Positions 1-15,100 are shown, numbered from the stretch's first letter. The stretch is DNA of 64,000 nt from Microthyrium microscopicum (GCA_010405405.1 MU004233.1:375067-439066), one strand, 5' to 3'. Notes: generated by a model not told the origin, from the sequence alone. A program made the numbers and translations.

Positions 1-518
1 AAGGTCAAATAGACCTTTTTGATAATCTGCAACAATCGGAGAAGTAAAGAAAGCAAAAAAGGAGGTTAGAAAAAGTCACCATTTACAAACACCAACTAGC
101 AGGGATGGCACCAACCAACAAGGCTGAGATCGACAGTGGAAAAAGTTGGCACAAGGCTGACATCTGATAGCGCCACAAAGATCAGCTGCAAAGCCTGCAA
201 AACGTCATTTACACGTGCACGTTCGCAAACGATCTGCCAATCTATCAAGATAAACAACAAATTTTATTGCTTCGCACATCGTGATAACTGCATTCAAGTA
301 GCTAAAAAGAGAAAAAGTCTAATATTCGTATAGTGTTACCTGTAGAACCCGGCCCGGAAAGAAGAATTGATGAACGCGCACTGATGATAGCTCTGAAACG
401 ACATGCTGAAGCTGTAGAAGGGTGCATAATCAAATCGCTGATATCCTTCAGAATAAACTCCATCCTCATAGCCATAACTGGCGATAAGAAGCCTCCTTAT
501 CCAACAATTGTAGGTAGT

Positions 519-1201
519 TTACTTCTTTTGGACCTTCTCCTCTGTCTTCTTTTGCACACCAACGAGCCAGTCGGTACCGTATTGCATCACCGAGTAAATG
601 ACGCGGAGTTCAGTGTCGATAGCAGCTCTGGCACGACCAATAGTCTTGCCGTATCCTTGTTTTTCGTACTTGGAGTATTCTTCGTTGTACATTGAGAACA
701 TTTTGCCCTTGCCTTCGCCGTAGAGCTTGAATGGGTATCCGGCAACGTCGGAAGCTTTCTCCTTTAGGGTGGCGGTGTCGTCCTTGACGATGGGGAACTT
801 GGATTCGAGGGTGGAGAGGCCAGAGTCTCCGAGTGAGTCGGCTTTGGCGACGTATGGAGACACGTAGCTGATGGGAGTTTGGAGGTATGGTGCAACTGGC
901 TTGTAGAGAAGGTTATCAATTCGGATGTAGGCACCGTTGAGGAAGTCGAGAGATTTTGCGCCATATGGGTTGGACTTGTATGTTTTGATTGTGTCATTGA
1001 CCACGGGGAATGAGGTCAAATGCTATGCTCCTGTTAGTATGTTGAATTCCTCCTGAAGAAGTGGCCGTGACTTACTGAGAGGAATTGAGAGTGAGGCTCT
1101 CCACCATTAGTGGTTGGTGCTGAAGGCATATTGTCTTTTACTTGGTTGACTCCGTTGGTGATTGTATCGGTGACTGTGTCTTTTTCAGCATGTGGTGCCA
1201 T
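519..1201 (-). CDS. cap20: Perilipin-like lipid-droplet protein (CAP20/Mpl1 family), 2 exons
   Basis: ATG at 1201; exon 1 1201-1076 (MAPHAEKD...HSQFLS); GT-AG intron 1075-1023; exon 2 HLTSFPVVNDTIKTYKSNPYGAKSL...PYVAKADSLGDSGLSTLESKFPIVK is typical of fungal perilipin/CAP20 proteins. Confidence 0.85.
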
Positions 1202-4200
1202 TGTGAATTTGAGGTTGTGAAAGAAGTGGGAGAGTGGGGGTTGGTATCTGAGATAAGGCTTAAAACAGAAACAACCAGGGCACAGAGTATAAGAGGGCAA
1301 AGGAGATGTTTTGCAAGATAGAGTTGGATGAATTTGGATAGGCAGATGAGAAGGAGTCAAAGAATGGAGAATCAGGGTAGCAAGGGATTGTGTATGTGAG
1401 AGATAGCGTGTGCAAAGAGTTGGGCGATTTCTGTTACTTTTTGCAATGGAGTCTGGCCGCTAAGTTGACCAGTAACACGGTGGATCTGAATCGCAGGGAG
1501 GCTTGGAGGCGTTCTTTGGTCGACCACGCTTCAGCATGTGAACGAGGGGCCTTTCTGAAGTGTGCTCCAAGCTTGTGCAGCAACCTCAAGATACTGTTCA
1601 ACAATGCTAAGCGCTGGACAGGGAAGATGAATAGATTGTGATGATGGGAAGAAAATAGCTTCGTTTGCAAGCAGTCGTCATACCTTTTGTACCTGCGGAT
1701 TTGGGCATTATTCACAAGAAAATGCTAATTCACCTTGGAGAATCGGCGACTGGTTGGAGAGAAGGATTTTGACAACTGCTTGTTTTCCAATCAAACTGGC
1801 GGGGGATAAGACGTGGGTCGGGACAAAGGGACGAAGAAGGCCTGGGGGTTGTAGAATTAATCAGATATTGAAAAGAGGAGTTGGAGGGATCGAGATACAG
1901 GGTGAGCAAGAAAGTATGATGTTTTAAACAACGGCAGGTGTAAGTCTGCGAGCACATGGCTAGGTCGTAGTTCCCACAATAATAACAGGTTTTGTATCAT
2001 ATCTTGTGTCATTCTTGATATGTTGTTCAAACCATCCCATTCGAGACTACTGTGAAAGGCGGCAGTCAGCCTGGGCAAAAGGTAGAAAGTGTGTTAGAAC
2101 TCTATCTCAAGCCTCGAGATATCAGGGAAGCTCCATCCCACGTACATGACAAGCGCCAAACAACCTGGGCTTGACCTTGAAATAAGATGCCCCTGCTCAA
2201 TGCTAGTACCGTATCCTGAGATGCTCCCGACAACTTACGAGATTTATAGAGACGTGTAATAATAGAGCATGTAGATGCGATGGATGCAATGCGATGCAAC
2301 AGCCACCAACGGTTTTACCCGCGACAATGGGGCAAATTGTACCTCGTGGTGGCTAAATATTCCCAGTTCTGCTTCAATTCGCGGGAATGCAGAGTCACTA
2401 CCAGCGGGGCTCTCAAGCAGCTCAAGAAGACAAGAAATGACTGCAGCACGGCAGAGTAACCCACATGCAAGAGATATGACAACGATTGGGTTGGCCTTGA
2501 GAATTGAGATTGATGCAGAAGCCCAGATTGGCCCCTTATTCTGACATGTGAAAGGGCACGGATCCAACGAGCAAGATATTTTGGACTTTAGGAACTTTCA
2601 CCAGAACGTTTCCAGCGCAAGGCTGGGAGAAACGCCAACCAATTTAATCTGCAAGAACGCGCACCCCTCCCGCAAATCGTCAATCCAACCAACCAGAAAT
2701 TTAACGAGTTGCTCATGCATTAAATGCGCCGCCGGCATGTGGCCATAGCTTCCGGTTCTTATCGAACTCAAGCCCTGTAGTGGACATCGTCTTCAACTAC
2801 AAGTACCTCTCTCTTCATCCCTCTTCTTGGATGTTAAAAGTTCCCGAAGACAACGAAATCCAAAGCAACAAATCGGTCCTTCTACTTGTTCTCTGAAAAC
2901 AAGCGATAGCAGATTTTCACCACGCGGTATGCGCTTACCATGTCTCTCTACAGAACGGGACTGACGGCATATGATCCCGCTTGATCCTTCCAGATCCCAA
3001 GGTACTTAGTTCGTACAACTCGACATATCAGTTACACAACAACCATTTGTAGTTCTGTACCTTACGCCTCATGCCCTGCGGAAACACCGGGAACCATGAA
3101 AAGTCTTATCACATCATAGCCCTCCTACAATTCATGGTAGTCTATGACACCCGACCAGCCAATGATCCATTCTAATCACCAAATTTGCTATCTTGCCCTC
3201 AATTCAACCGGGGAATGAATCCTATGGAATTAAGCATCTGGTTCTCAGCGATATGAAATCACTCCTATAGCTTCTATTGCTCTTCACATTGACCACGCTT
3301 GCAGGATATATCCACAACTACATGATATCTGATACTTTTCTCTCCCCTTCCCCTCTTTCTGCTCGCCATATCTTCCCGATTTCATCTGCATGAAATAATG
3401 CATGTCCGTGTCCTCGTATGCTGATCCGAACATGTGGATCATCCAAGCTCAAGCCAATCAGGCCATAACCAAGCACGTCCAGCCGCCCAGGTATGTGGTA
3501 CTCAACGGCGGCTGGCATCACAATTCTTCGATGAACCACGTTTATCATCTGAAGCCGCTAAACTTTCGCATGATGTTACCGTTGTGGTTCATCAGGTACC
3601 AACAATTAAGCGCTTCACTAGAATTTCAATGAAGAGATAAGATCCAACAGCATGTACACCTGGGTTTACCTGGGTTTCTAGAAGTTGACTCCAAGTCAGG
3701 GTCGCATGTCAACCTCGAGGATTTGTTCTTTCCTTGTCTGTTTAGGTGCTGTGTAACATTGGAGTTCTCTCTTCTAAAGGCTTCACGCTGGGATTGAGAT
3801 AACTAGTCTCTACATGGTACAAACCAGCCATAGAATCACCTTACTCACTGGGCGCTTTACAGTCGTTCCCGAGATCCATAGTATCAGAAACTAAAAACCG
3901 AATATAATTGCTCGAAATAGGCCATCGAAAAATAACTCTCAACATTCCGTACAGGTAAGAGTCCATTATCGGTCAGTGACGATTATTATTCCCTACCAAA
4001 ATGGGACAACGTTTCACGCTCCGGAATCCCTCAATTAATAATATCCTTTCCATACCCGCTAAATCACCCCATAACTGCATCAACCCATCACTCCATCCAG
4101 GTACTATACAAAAACAATACGAACCAACCCCACAAATACCACAATATTCCACAAACCAGAGCCTCCTCCCCATGGACAAGGAAAACTCTTCAACTCCACC

Positions 4201-4353
4201 ACAATCAATACTCCAAGCGAGCCTCCACAACCCGTCTTGCCCGTTCGCCACAATACCCTGTACAGCTCTATACAGCTCAGTACAGCAACTCCCCATCACT
4301 ACCATGCACACAGGGTCCATGTACGTGGGAATATTCATATACATATCTCCTTC

Positions 4354-4587
4354 CTAACCATACCTCCTATCCAAATCCCTGAGCGCACGATCCTTCATAT
4401 CCTCAGCCGTACGCGCGACCTCTTTCGCATCCCGACTGTATCCCGAATTGCCGGTAAGAGTGCCGCGACCGGTGCCGTTGTGTGTGATTTCTTTATATTT
4501 GTTTGAGGCGGTTGTGCCGGCGCTTTTGAGGGAGTCGGTTACTGAGGTTGCTGCTTTGGAGACGGAGGAGGATGTGGAGTTTGTCAT
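4354..4587 (-). CDS. Small hydrophilic (hydrophilin/stress-like) protein, 77 aa
   Basis: Clean ORF with good start context (CAAAATG), S/T/G/K/D-rich composition, CA-rich leader; no family recognised. Confidence 0.5.
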   Translation of the reverse strand: MTNSTSSSVSKAATSVTDSLKSAGTTASNKYKEITHNGTGRGTLTGNSGYSRDAKEVARTAEDMKDRALRDLDRRYG

Positions 4588-4733
4588 TTTGGGTTATGTT
4601 TTGGTGGGTTTGAGTTGAGGTTTGGGATTGTTGTTGCGGGTAGTAGTTGTGTAGCGTATTGTTGGATGATATTGTTCTTGTATGTGTTTTGCTAGGAGAA
4701 GTGAATTGATGACTTTGTACTCGTGAATGAGAC

Positions 4734-4741
4734 TGACGTCA
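4734..4741. promoter_or_regulatory. CRE / ATF-type bZIP site (TGACGTCA)
   Basis: Perfect palindrome CTGACGTCAG about 150 bp upstream of the 77-aa ORF start. Confidence 0.4.
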
Positions 4742-4767
4742 GGAAGTAATCTATTCAGCAATCATTT

Positions 4768-5062
4768 TGACAGAAGGTTCGTTCCAAACCCTGGATCCGC
4801 GCTAGTCCTAATCTAGGATTAGGAAGCAGAAATACCAAAATTTAGCCTTTATTAGCTATTATATCTTTTTGTCTTTTCTACCCCTTTCTATATATTACTT
4901 TTACCTCTATTATAGCTTAAATTCTAAGCTTTAAGAAGATACGTTTTACGTCTTTAATAAGATATAAATACTATAGTTATTATAGTAGTTAGTTAATTAG
5001 ATTCTTTAATATTCTCTTTACTAATTCTATATTCTTTAAGCTATATAAACTATATTCTATTA
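4768..5062 (+). repeat. Copia 5' LTR (295 bp)
   Basis: Ungapped alignment to 19347-19641; the differences seen are C/T and G/A transitions. Confidence 0.95.
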
Positions 5063-6029
5063 GTTATAAGCTTAGTATTCTAATATATCTTTATTATTTT
5101 ATTATTCTATATATAAATTTTTTATAAACTATATTATTATAATCTCTTAAATTCTAGCTATTATTATATACTAGTTTTAGTATTAATATCTAATATTTAG
5201 ATTATAAATTAACTTATAATATTGCTTCTAAAGTTATAATTATTACTAAAGTTAGAATTACTATCTAGAATTACTACTTCTTTAGAATAAGGTTAAGAAG
5301 TACTTTACTTTATTTATTCTTCTTTATAATAACTTATACTTCTTTTTATTACTTTATTATTTATAATACCTATTTAAATTATTAAGAAGTAATAAGAGAA
5401 CTTTACTATATTATTTAATAGTAAGAAAGAGTAAAAAATTAATAGATTAAATTAGGAAATTACTTAAAGAGGTAATCTTATAAATCTTAGAAATATAAAT
5501 ATTTTTTTATTCTCTTTTTTCTTTTTTTTCTTTTTCTCTTTTTTATTATATACTTTAAGCTTTATATCTTTATTAGTACTCTTTCTATTATATTTAGTAT
5601 TTATATAACTTTTATTATTAAGATCTTAGCGTCTTTTTATCTTTAATAGTTTTTAAAAGCTATTACTTTTTTAAATTCTTAGTACGCTAATAGCCTTAGT
5701 ATTAGTAGTATTAGAATACGTTAATAGCTTTAGTATTTATAAAGATAAAGTATAAGTAATACTTTTTACTACTTTTAGTTACTATCTAGTTTTCTGATCT
5801 TTAATAGTTCTTTTATTATTATTACTTTCTTAACTTTAAGGATTTAATTACTATTATTCCTTAACTTTAAGGACTTAACCTCTTTACTACCTTAGCTATA
5901 GTAGTACTAAAAACCTATGCTACTTTTAAGTATATCTTAAATTCTTATAGAATATTATTAGTAATTCTACTACTACTAACCTAATCTTAGTACTTTAGTC
6001 TAGGCTTAGTACGCTATAACTAGAAGGTA

Positions 6030-6360
6030 TATTTAGTAAAGATATATAAGTATCTAATTATTTTATATTCTATTTCTAAGCAAAGTAGAAGGAGTATTTA
6101 GTAAAGATATATAAGTATCTAATTATTTTATATTTTATTCTTAAGCAAAGAGATATAATGCTAGGCTTAAACTATCTAAAGAGGAAATCTAGAAAACCTA
6201 GAGAGTATAAATATCTTTTTTTCCTTACTCGTTCTCCTTCTCTTCTTTTTCTTTTTCTATATTAAGGTAGTATTTCTTAAATAAAGGTATAGAGATACTA
6301 AGGTAGTATTTCCTAAAATAAAAGTATAAAGATATTAAGGTAGTATTTCTTAAATAAAGT
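6030..6360. repeat. Short direct repeats in the Copia leader region
   Basis: TATTTAGTAAAGATATATAAGTATCTAATTATTTTATATT twice (~6030, ~6095); TAAGGTAGTATTTC three times (~6263-6350). Confidence 0.7.
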
Positions 6361-8886
6361 AATAACTTATTAGAAGTACTTATTACGAGCTTATATATAC
6401 TTTTTTTAAATAAACTTAATATAAATTACCTAAATAGGTAATTCCTTAATTCCTAGAAGTATAAAATACTTTTTTTCTTTTTTTCTCTACCTTTTTTTTT
6501 TCTTCTTTTATATATTAAGATAGTTTCTTTAAATTAAAGGTATCTCTAAAATAGCCTACTAAGCTAAAGGAATAAGCTATAGTAACTTAATATAGTAGTA
6601 ATATTTCTACTTCCTAATTAAAGTAGTATTAAAGATATTAGTCTTTATAAAAAGCTAGATATTATTTCTAAGTATACTATATAAACTTTATAGAAGAATT
6701 ACTTAAAATAGTAACTACTAGAGATTTCCTTATAGTAGTTATATTAAAGAATAGTAATAACTAATATATTTAAATTAACTTTATAAAATAATAGGTATAT
6801 ACTCTAAATATATAGGATTATATTAATCTAAAAGGAACTAGTTCTCTTTTAAAAGAACTAGTACGCCTATCTAAAATATACTTAATAGAATTTACTATTT
6901 CTTAAGTATCTATAGAGAATAGTAAGGATTAACTTATTTAAATAGTAGAGTTAATTCTTACTTAAGAATATAATATCTTATTATAGATATATAATTTAGA
7001 TTACTAGGAGTACTAAGATACTAAAAATGCTATAGTTAAGATTAATAACTTCTTAAATAAAATAGTATTTAAAAGTCTCTAGAACTACGTTACTAATATC
7101 TTTAAAGCTTAAGATATACTTTAGGTACTTTAGAAAGATATTTATCTTTCTTAAACTAGTATAATTTTAAAGCTAGATAAAGAATTTAATACTTTAAGAA
7201 AGAGGTATAAATAATAAGAACTATAAATTTAGCTAATTTACTAGATATTCTTTTAAAGAGAAAGTTTCTTTTATAATAAGGATAAAATTTTTAAGAAATA
7301 GCTTATAGATACTTTTATAGATGCTACTTAAGCTTTCTATCCTAGTACCTAAATATAGTTTACTTATTATTATATAGAAGGTAAATAACTTATTCTTTTA
7401 GAGTATATTAAGAAGTATTAAACTATCTATAATAAAGAAACTATACTAGTATTATAATTTAGTATTACTTTTACTACTATTCTTAATAGAAAGACTTAGG
7501 AAAAGATATTTTAACTTAAAAAGACTTCCTTAACTATAAATACTTATTAACCTTTTTTAATATCTAAATTATAAAGTTCTTAAAAGAATAAAAAGATAAC
7601 TTTTTCTTATCTCTATAGTAAGATAGAACTTTATAATAATTACTTTTATTTTTAACTTAATAAACGTTTAAATAGATAGTATTCTAATCCTAAAGTAGAA
7701 ACTAAAGTTAAAAAAAGCCTTAGGAATCTTATACTTAAAGTTAGAGTTAATTATATCTTTTAAGGAGAGTAAGAATAAGAACATAGTAATAATAACTAAC
7801 TACTTAGACTAATTAAATATATAAGTATTAGAATAGTAGTTATAAGAGTTATAATATCTATAATAGTTAAGATATTTTCTAATAAAAGGTTTATTCTAAA
7901 TTTTAGAGTAAATATATATATTTATAATAATAAATTCTACTTTAAGATATATAAGAGTATTCTTAGTTCTTTAATCTATAATAAAGTCTTTTTATAAGTT
8001 ATAGGATATAGTAATATAGATATTACTATTTTAAGCCTTAAAGGATACTAAATAGTTACTCTTTATAATATTGCTTATATATTTAGCTTTTATAAAAATC
8101 TAGCTTCCTATTATAGAATAAAAGCTATAGGATATTATTAAAATAATAAAATAGGCTAGATTAGGTATATTAAAATAAGAAAGCTTCTAGCTAAGATTAT
8201 CTCTTTTAATATTTACTTCCTCTTTAAAAATAATTCTTACTATATCTTTCCTATAATATTATTACTTTCTTATACTTTTATAGCTTCTATATCTAAATAG
8301 TACTAATAAATAGGTTATATTAATAAAGCTATAGTATCTTATATAGAATACGCTATTAAAGGTATAAAAATTACTCTAAATATTACTCCTTCTAGAGATA
8401 CTAAAGATAATAACTATTTCTATAAAATCTATATTAAAACGAAACAAAAGAAATAGATTTCTCGTTAACTAATAGATTTAGGCTTAAAGCCCTTTAAGAA
8501 GCTTTATATTAATCTAATTTAGGTTAAGAAAGGTTATAATAATAATTACTAAATTATCTACGCTTATTATACTATTATAAAGTTCTATTTATTAGAAATA
8601 CTTTCTTAGAAGATATAAAAAAATTATATTTAATTCCTACGCTACATGCTTACTATTATTAAAAATATAGGTTATAAAGTAGGTAATATTAAATATAAGG
8701 TCCTTTAAATCTATAAGAATTATAAAGCTATAATAAATAAGAAGTAGAATAATAAGATCTAGCTAAATAGTATTATTAAAGAACTATTTATACTCTATAC
8801 TACTTTATAAAATAGTCCTATAGAAGTATTAGGATAAATCTTAATGTTTATTATAAAGGCACTAAAACAATATAGTAGTCTTTTAG

Positions 8887-9109
8887 TATAAGGAGCTAAT
8901 AGGTACAATAGGCGAGTAGAAAGTAGCTAGTATTGTAGGATCTAAGTACGGAGAGAAGAGATCTAGAGATGTAGCTATAGATATAAAGAAGTAGGGGCCT
9001 AGGATATCCTTAGATATACTAACCCTAAATAGGATAAAGAGATCTTATCTATAGGATTAGATCTTAGTATCTAAATATTATAATACTAAACTTATAAGGA
9101 TTCTTTACA
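8887..9109 (-). repeat. Gypsy 3' LTR (223 bp)
   Basis: Aligns with 16382-16604; termini T[G/A]TAAGGA...TC[C/T]TTACA. Confidence 0.93.
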
Positions 9110-12100
9110 TAACTTTCCTCCTTAAAAATAGACCTTATAGGCTATATCTTAATCTAATTTGTTCTAATTTAGTTTAGTCTAGTCTAGGCTAGGCTAAGCT
9201 AGTCTATATAAATATAAACTTCTTTATATATATTACTATTAAGGAATATAGTAATATGCTATCTACTTACCTTAGTACTATCTAAATCTATTTAATAAAG
9301 AGGAGGATGTCTATTTAAGCTAGTTCGTAATATTCTATAATCTCTTTAATAGTATAAATTAATAACTAAACTAGGGGTATAATGCTATTAATAAAATAAA
9401 TAAATATAACGCTTTTTTATATTATATAATCCTAATCTACGAGTAGTCTATTAGTATTATAATCTTCTTTTTTAATTTAATTTACTAATAGGGACTAAGA
9501 TAGATGCAGACTAAGCTTCTAAGGATAAAGCCTATAGAATTCTAATATAGTATTAGGCGTGTTAATAGTATCCTTCTAAGGCTGCTAAGTTTTATTATAA
9601 AATTCTATCTATTTAATCTTATATTTAAGTACCTTATTCTTATCTCTACTATCCTATTTGCTATTAATAATAGTATTAACTAGCTATTTTTCTTTACTTT
9701 TCTTCTTACTAACAACTACTAGGGGAGGATTTAACTCCTATAATAAGTACGCGTTATTATTAATTAAATATAACAACTAGGCGTAAAATACTAGGTGTAT
9801 CTTTATTAATTTAGAAAGATCTAATTTATATATTACTTTATTAATCTTACATAATATCTTAAAAGGACTAGCGCTTTTGCTATTAAGTATCTTTAAAGGA
9901 CGAGTTATATTATAATTTTAAACGTTAAGTCATACCTAGTCTCTTAGATAGAGATCTAGTACTAGGCGTTAATATTTATTAGCGTAGAGCTTTTATTAAG
10001 CTTAAGCCTAAACTAATTGCTCCTTTAGGAACTTATAAAGCTTCTTATAATTATCCTAAACTTAATTAATAGTAATAACTTCTTTGCGCACTATAATAGA
10101 AGCATAGGACGCTTTTAGTAATAGGCAATAGGTAGATTTAAGTTCTAATTTAAGTAAGAAACTATTTTATGCCTTAAAAGGTGCAAACCTAGTAGTAGTA
10201 CTTATGGCAGAATTTATTACAAACTTAGCAAATAATAATAAGGCTACCTAATTATCCTAATCCTAATTAACAAAGGATCTAAGATACTATTTTAAAGTAG
10301 TAATAATTATTTTAGTAATGCTATTAGATTCTAGATACTATATAGTACTTAATCTTAGCATAACGCTTATACGTTTATATAGGCGACCCTAAAAGGTAAA
10401 TATAAATTAAGTTCCTTAATCTAAAAGGATTAAGTCTAGCTAACTATATAACTTCTATACTTAATTAATAAATGCTATAACTATTATTTCTATTAAAAGA
10501 CTTAGAAAAGTAATAAATTATTATAATTACGTTAAATAATTAATAATAATTATAATATACTAGTAAACTATACCTTAGTATATATAACGTAGTAGTAAAA
10601 TAGTAAAGTCTATAGAGATATTAGACTAAGCTTAATTTAGTAAAGGAAATAAATAAAGGAGCCTTTACTTCTTTTAGCATACTAGTTTTATAAAGATATA
10701 GTAATAACCTTTAATATATTTTTTAACGTATTCTAATATTCTTAGCTACTAATAATTTTATTAAAGGTAGTAGTAGGTTATTATAGTTCTTTTATAACCT
10801 ATAACTTTATATTAATGTGCTTATTTTATTACTTTATTCTATAAATACGTTATTAGTATAAATAACTTTTATTAATAAAGGATAGTACTATTTAGTAGAG
10901 CCTTATAATCTATTAATTTAATTTAATTTTAATTTAGTATACTAAAGGGCAAGAAGTAGTCTTTCTATGCCTTTACTAGTTAGATTATAATAAGTAACTT
11001 ATTTCTCTTACTTACCTTTATTACTTCCTATATAAACTACTCTAAGTTAAAATCTAAGGATTTAGTATTAACTAGTAGTAAATTATTTAAACTAGCTAGA
11101 GCTTTATTTTAAGAGCTTCTTATAATAGGTTCTAAATTAGACTCCCTTATTATAGTAATATTTAGCTTATCTAATATAAGCATAGCTATCTATATAAAGG
11201 ATAAGGTAATAGGGTTAATAAGTATTATAGTTAGTTTAATAGCTTATTTAGTGCTAAATTAATATAAGAATAGGAGTAGTTAATACTATTATTTAATCTA
11301 TAAGTCTTTATTATTCTAGAATATATTCTATAATCTTTAAGTTAAAGTATTAGCTTTACTATTATCTTTACTAGGGTAATACTTAATTAAGAAGTAAAAC
11401 TATAATAGGAATTTAGCCTAATATATTTAATAGCGTATAAGCTTCTTAGTCTTTATAAAGGTTTAAAGATTTTAATAATCTAAGAATACCTTTATAATAT
11501 CTTTAGTATTAAATAACTTAGGCTCCTATTCCTTAAAAGTATAGATAATAGTAAGTAGTTTCTTATTATAAATATTATAATTATATTTTACTAGTAATAT
11601 CTTTTTAAAGAGGAAGATAACTAGTCTTAGATTACTATTTGTATCTTTTTATAATAATATAGTAGTATAAGCCTAATCTAATACGTTTATCTCTATTTAA
11701 GTTTCCTTAGTATAGTTAAAGTATTATAGTATTAGCGCGCTAGTAAAGTTTACTTTTAGCTTCTTAAAAGCTTATTCTTTAGGCTTATTAGGATCCTAAG
11801 GAAATATAGCTAAAGTATCCTTTTAAGTAAGATTCATTAAGGATACTACTATAGTAAAGTAATTAAAGATAAACTATTAATAGAAGTTAGTAAATCTAAG
11901 GAATGCCTAAATATCTTTAAGATAGCTTAGTTATTCCTAGTTAACTACTATATTAACTTTTAAAGAGTTTATCTTAATGCTTTTTATAGTAATAATTAGA
12001 CTAAGGTATTTTACTTCTTAAATAGTAAACTCTAACTTCTTAATATTAAGAAATAAGTCTATACGTTCTAATATATCTAGTACTAAATATATATAGGCAT

Positions 12101-15100
12101 TATATTCTTCTAGTATTTTGCTAAATACTAGAATATTATCTAAATAAATAGTTATAAAATTGTTTAAAAACTATATTAGTGTATAATTAATATATACTTA
12201 GAATATTCTTAATTCTCTTATAAAGCTAAAGGGTAGTACTTTAAACTTAAATAGGCTATAGCATATTAAGAATACTATTTTATATTTATCTCTAAGTTTA
12301 ATATAGATACGTTTAAAGGTAATAATAACGTTAAACTTAAAGTAATACTTTACCTTTATAAGGCGTATAAGTGTCTTACTAATAAATAATAAAACGTTAC
12401 TATTTTTAATAATAATATTATTTAACTTATAGTAATTAATATAAACGTAGATATCTTTTCTTAGCTTACTTATATAAAGTATAAGTATAGTATATTAAGA
12501 TTTTAAACTTATAATAAAACTATACTAAAGTAGACTCTTAATATATTATTTAATAACTAAGGCTTATTTTAGTAATATTAATATAAGTTAGTATTTTAGA
12601 ATTTTAGTATTAAGGATAAGGTTAATAGTATAGTTATATTTACTATAATAGGGCGTAAGAATATCTAAATGCTTTAGATTAAAGACTTTAAAATATTAGT
12701 AGAAACGTTTTAAGATAAGTTTTAAGATCTCTTCTTTTAATAGATAAGAGTAATTTTACTTATCTTACTATTTAAGATAATTTTCCTTTAATATAGTATA
12801 TATAGTAAAATTTATAGTAAATTTATTATTATTATCTTTATTACTATTAGGAGGTTTTTTTTCTTTTTTATTATTAAAATTTTTAGGCTAGAATATATTA
12901 ACTATAGCATCTTTACGCTTTATTAGTTTCTTAAATACTACTATAGATATAAAAGTAATATCTAATTCTTTAAATAACTCTAAGTTTATAAATTGTTCTT
13001 TTAAGTCTATAATAATTAAGTATTATAATATAATATAATTTATAATATATTTTATACTATAGAAAATTAATATTCTTAAACCTTTATATAGGTTAACTTT
13101 ATATTAATTTAGTTAAAGTGCTCTTAGAATTAGATTATAAGAGGCTACTTTTATAATAAAATAGTTAATTTACTTAATGTAGTATCTAATATGTAGGTTA
13201 AGAATAGTAGTTTTATTAACTATAGATACTAACTTATTATTAGTAAGTATTACTAAGCATAGATATATAAGTTAAAAAATAAGAATATTATATTACTAAA
13301 GATAATAAGGGTTAATAATTCTTATTATACTACTACTAGTATTAATTAAAATACTAGTATTAGAGTAAGTTAAACGCTATAGTATAAATACTAAACTAAT
13401 AGTAGTCTATTATAATCTAATAATAGGATTTTTCTTTTTAATATCTTAAGGCTATATTACTAGTATAATAGAGGCTAGTAAAATATAGATAGTATATAAG
13501 TATACTAATAAGATTTATTTCTTATAAATAGCATCTTTATACTTAAGGCGCTAAATATACTAGTAAAGGTAGCTAAGTATCTTCTTAGTCTTCTCTTATA
13601 CCTTTTTTTTAATATTTTTATAGTCTTTTTTAGTCTAATAGAATATTTCTTTAGCTTTCTTAGTATTTTAGTACTACTCTTTATTATATTAATAGAATAT
13701 CTCCTTTACGTACTTAGTATTAGCATTAAAAGTATATTTCTTTCTTTTATTATATACTTTAGTCTTATTTAGCTTTTTTTTATAGCTTAGCAAAGAAGTA
13801 TCTAGTTTAAAGACTAATAATTATTATTCTTAGTAGCATTTTCTATAGAGAGTTACTATTCTTTTTAAACTTTTATAAATATTACTATTAAAGGTATAAC
13901 TAAGGCTTTAATCTTATTATTAAATAAAGGTTCTTAATCTTTATATAGTATAGTCTTATTAAAGTAGTAGTAACTCTTTTGCTTATAATAGACGTAATAT
14001 TTATCTATTTTTAAGGCGTTAAAGACGTCTATAGAATAGTTAACGTTACTAGTTTTATTGTTTTGGGCTCCTTTATTAGTAAACTAATTATTATTATAGC
14101 TATAAGAGGTATTATTTATAGTAGTAGGCTTATAATTAATTTAGCACGTAACTAAGTAAAGTTAAGTATAAAATATAGTAAAACTACTAAAATACTAGCC
14201 TATTAGTAGGTTTATAAATTTATAATTAATAAGATTTTGTAATTTAATAATCTTCTTATGCTTAGATAGTTCTATATTTACTAAATTTATTAAGAAGTAG
14301 CTAATAAAAGCTTAAAGACCTTCTATATCTTTTATTTTAGTATCTAAAGACTTTAACTATACTTTAGTATCTTTAAAAGCGTTCTTAGAGTAATAATAAC
14401 TATCTAAATCTACTTATATCTCTTTTATAGTACTATAAGGGTCCTTTAACTTATAACCTTTATATATAACTATAATACTATAGGTAGGGCTAGTATAATA
14501 AATATAGATAAACTTAATTTTTTTCTTTTTAATAGGGATATATAAGTATATATTCTTATTAAGAAGTATATTTAATATCTTTTCCTTTTACTATTTATAG
14601 TATGTAGGTTTATCTTTAAAATTACTAAGTTCTTTAAACTTTATAAGTATTACTAGGAAGGTACTATTAGCTACTAATAATAATAAGATATAGTATATTC
14701 CTTAGGCTTAAAGCTATAAGTATAAAACTACTAGATGCGTTACTTATAATATAGAATAACCTAAGAAGATATTATCTTTTAAATTATCTAGGTTAACGTA
14801 GGCTTAGTTTAAATTTATTTAAAGTCTATCCTTAAGTTCTTAGACTTAGTAGTAAAGGTTAATAACTAACTTATAATATTATAAATTAGTATTATACTTC
14901 TTTACTAATTTAGTAAGAGCTATTTATTTATTTAAATAAGTAATAGTTAGTACTAACTTATAGTTATAGTAAATTTAGCTAGTAAGTGTTTTAAAATCTA
15001 TTATTATTTAATAATAAGTAGCTACTTCTTCCTATAGTACTTCTACTAATTTACTTAGTTAATCTACTTCTATATTAGCGTTTATAAGTTCTCCTACTAG

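Noticed and set aside
1390..4350. Many short ORFs between the perilipin gene and the 77-aa gene
   Set aside because: No recognisable motifs or consistent exon structure; likely intergenic or UTR
9200..9400. Chromodomain at the end of the Gypsy integrase
   Set aside because: Only a faint RIP-degraded resemblance; cannot be supported without a de-RIPed consensus
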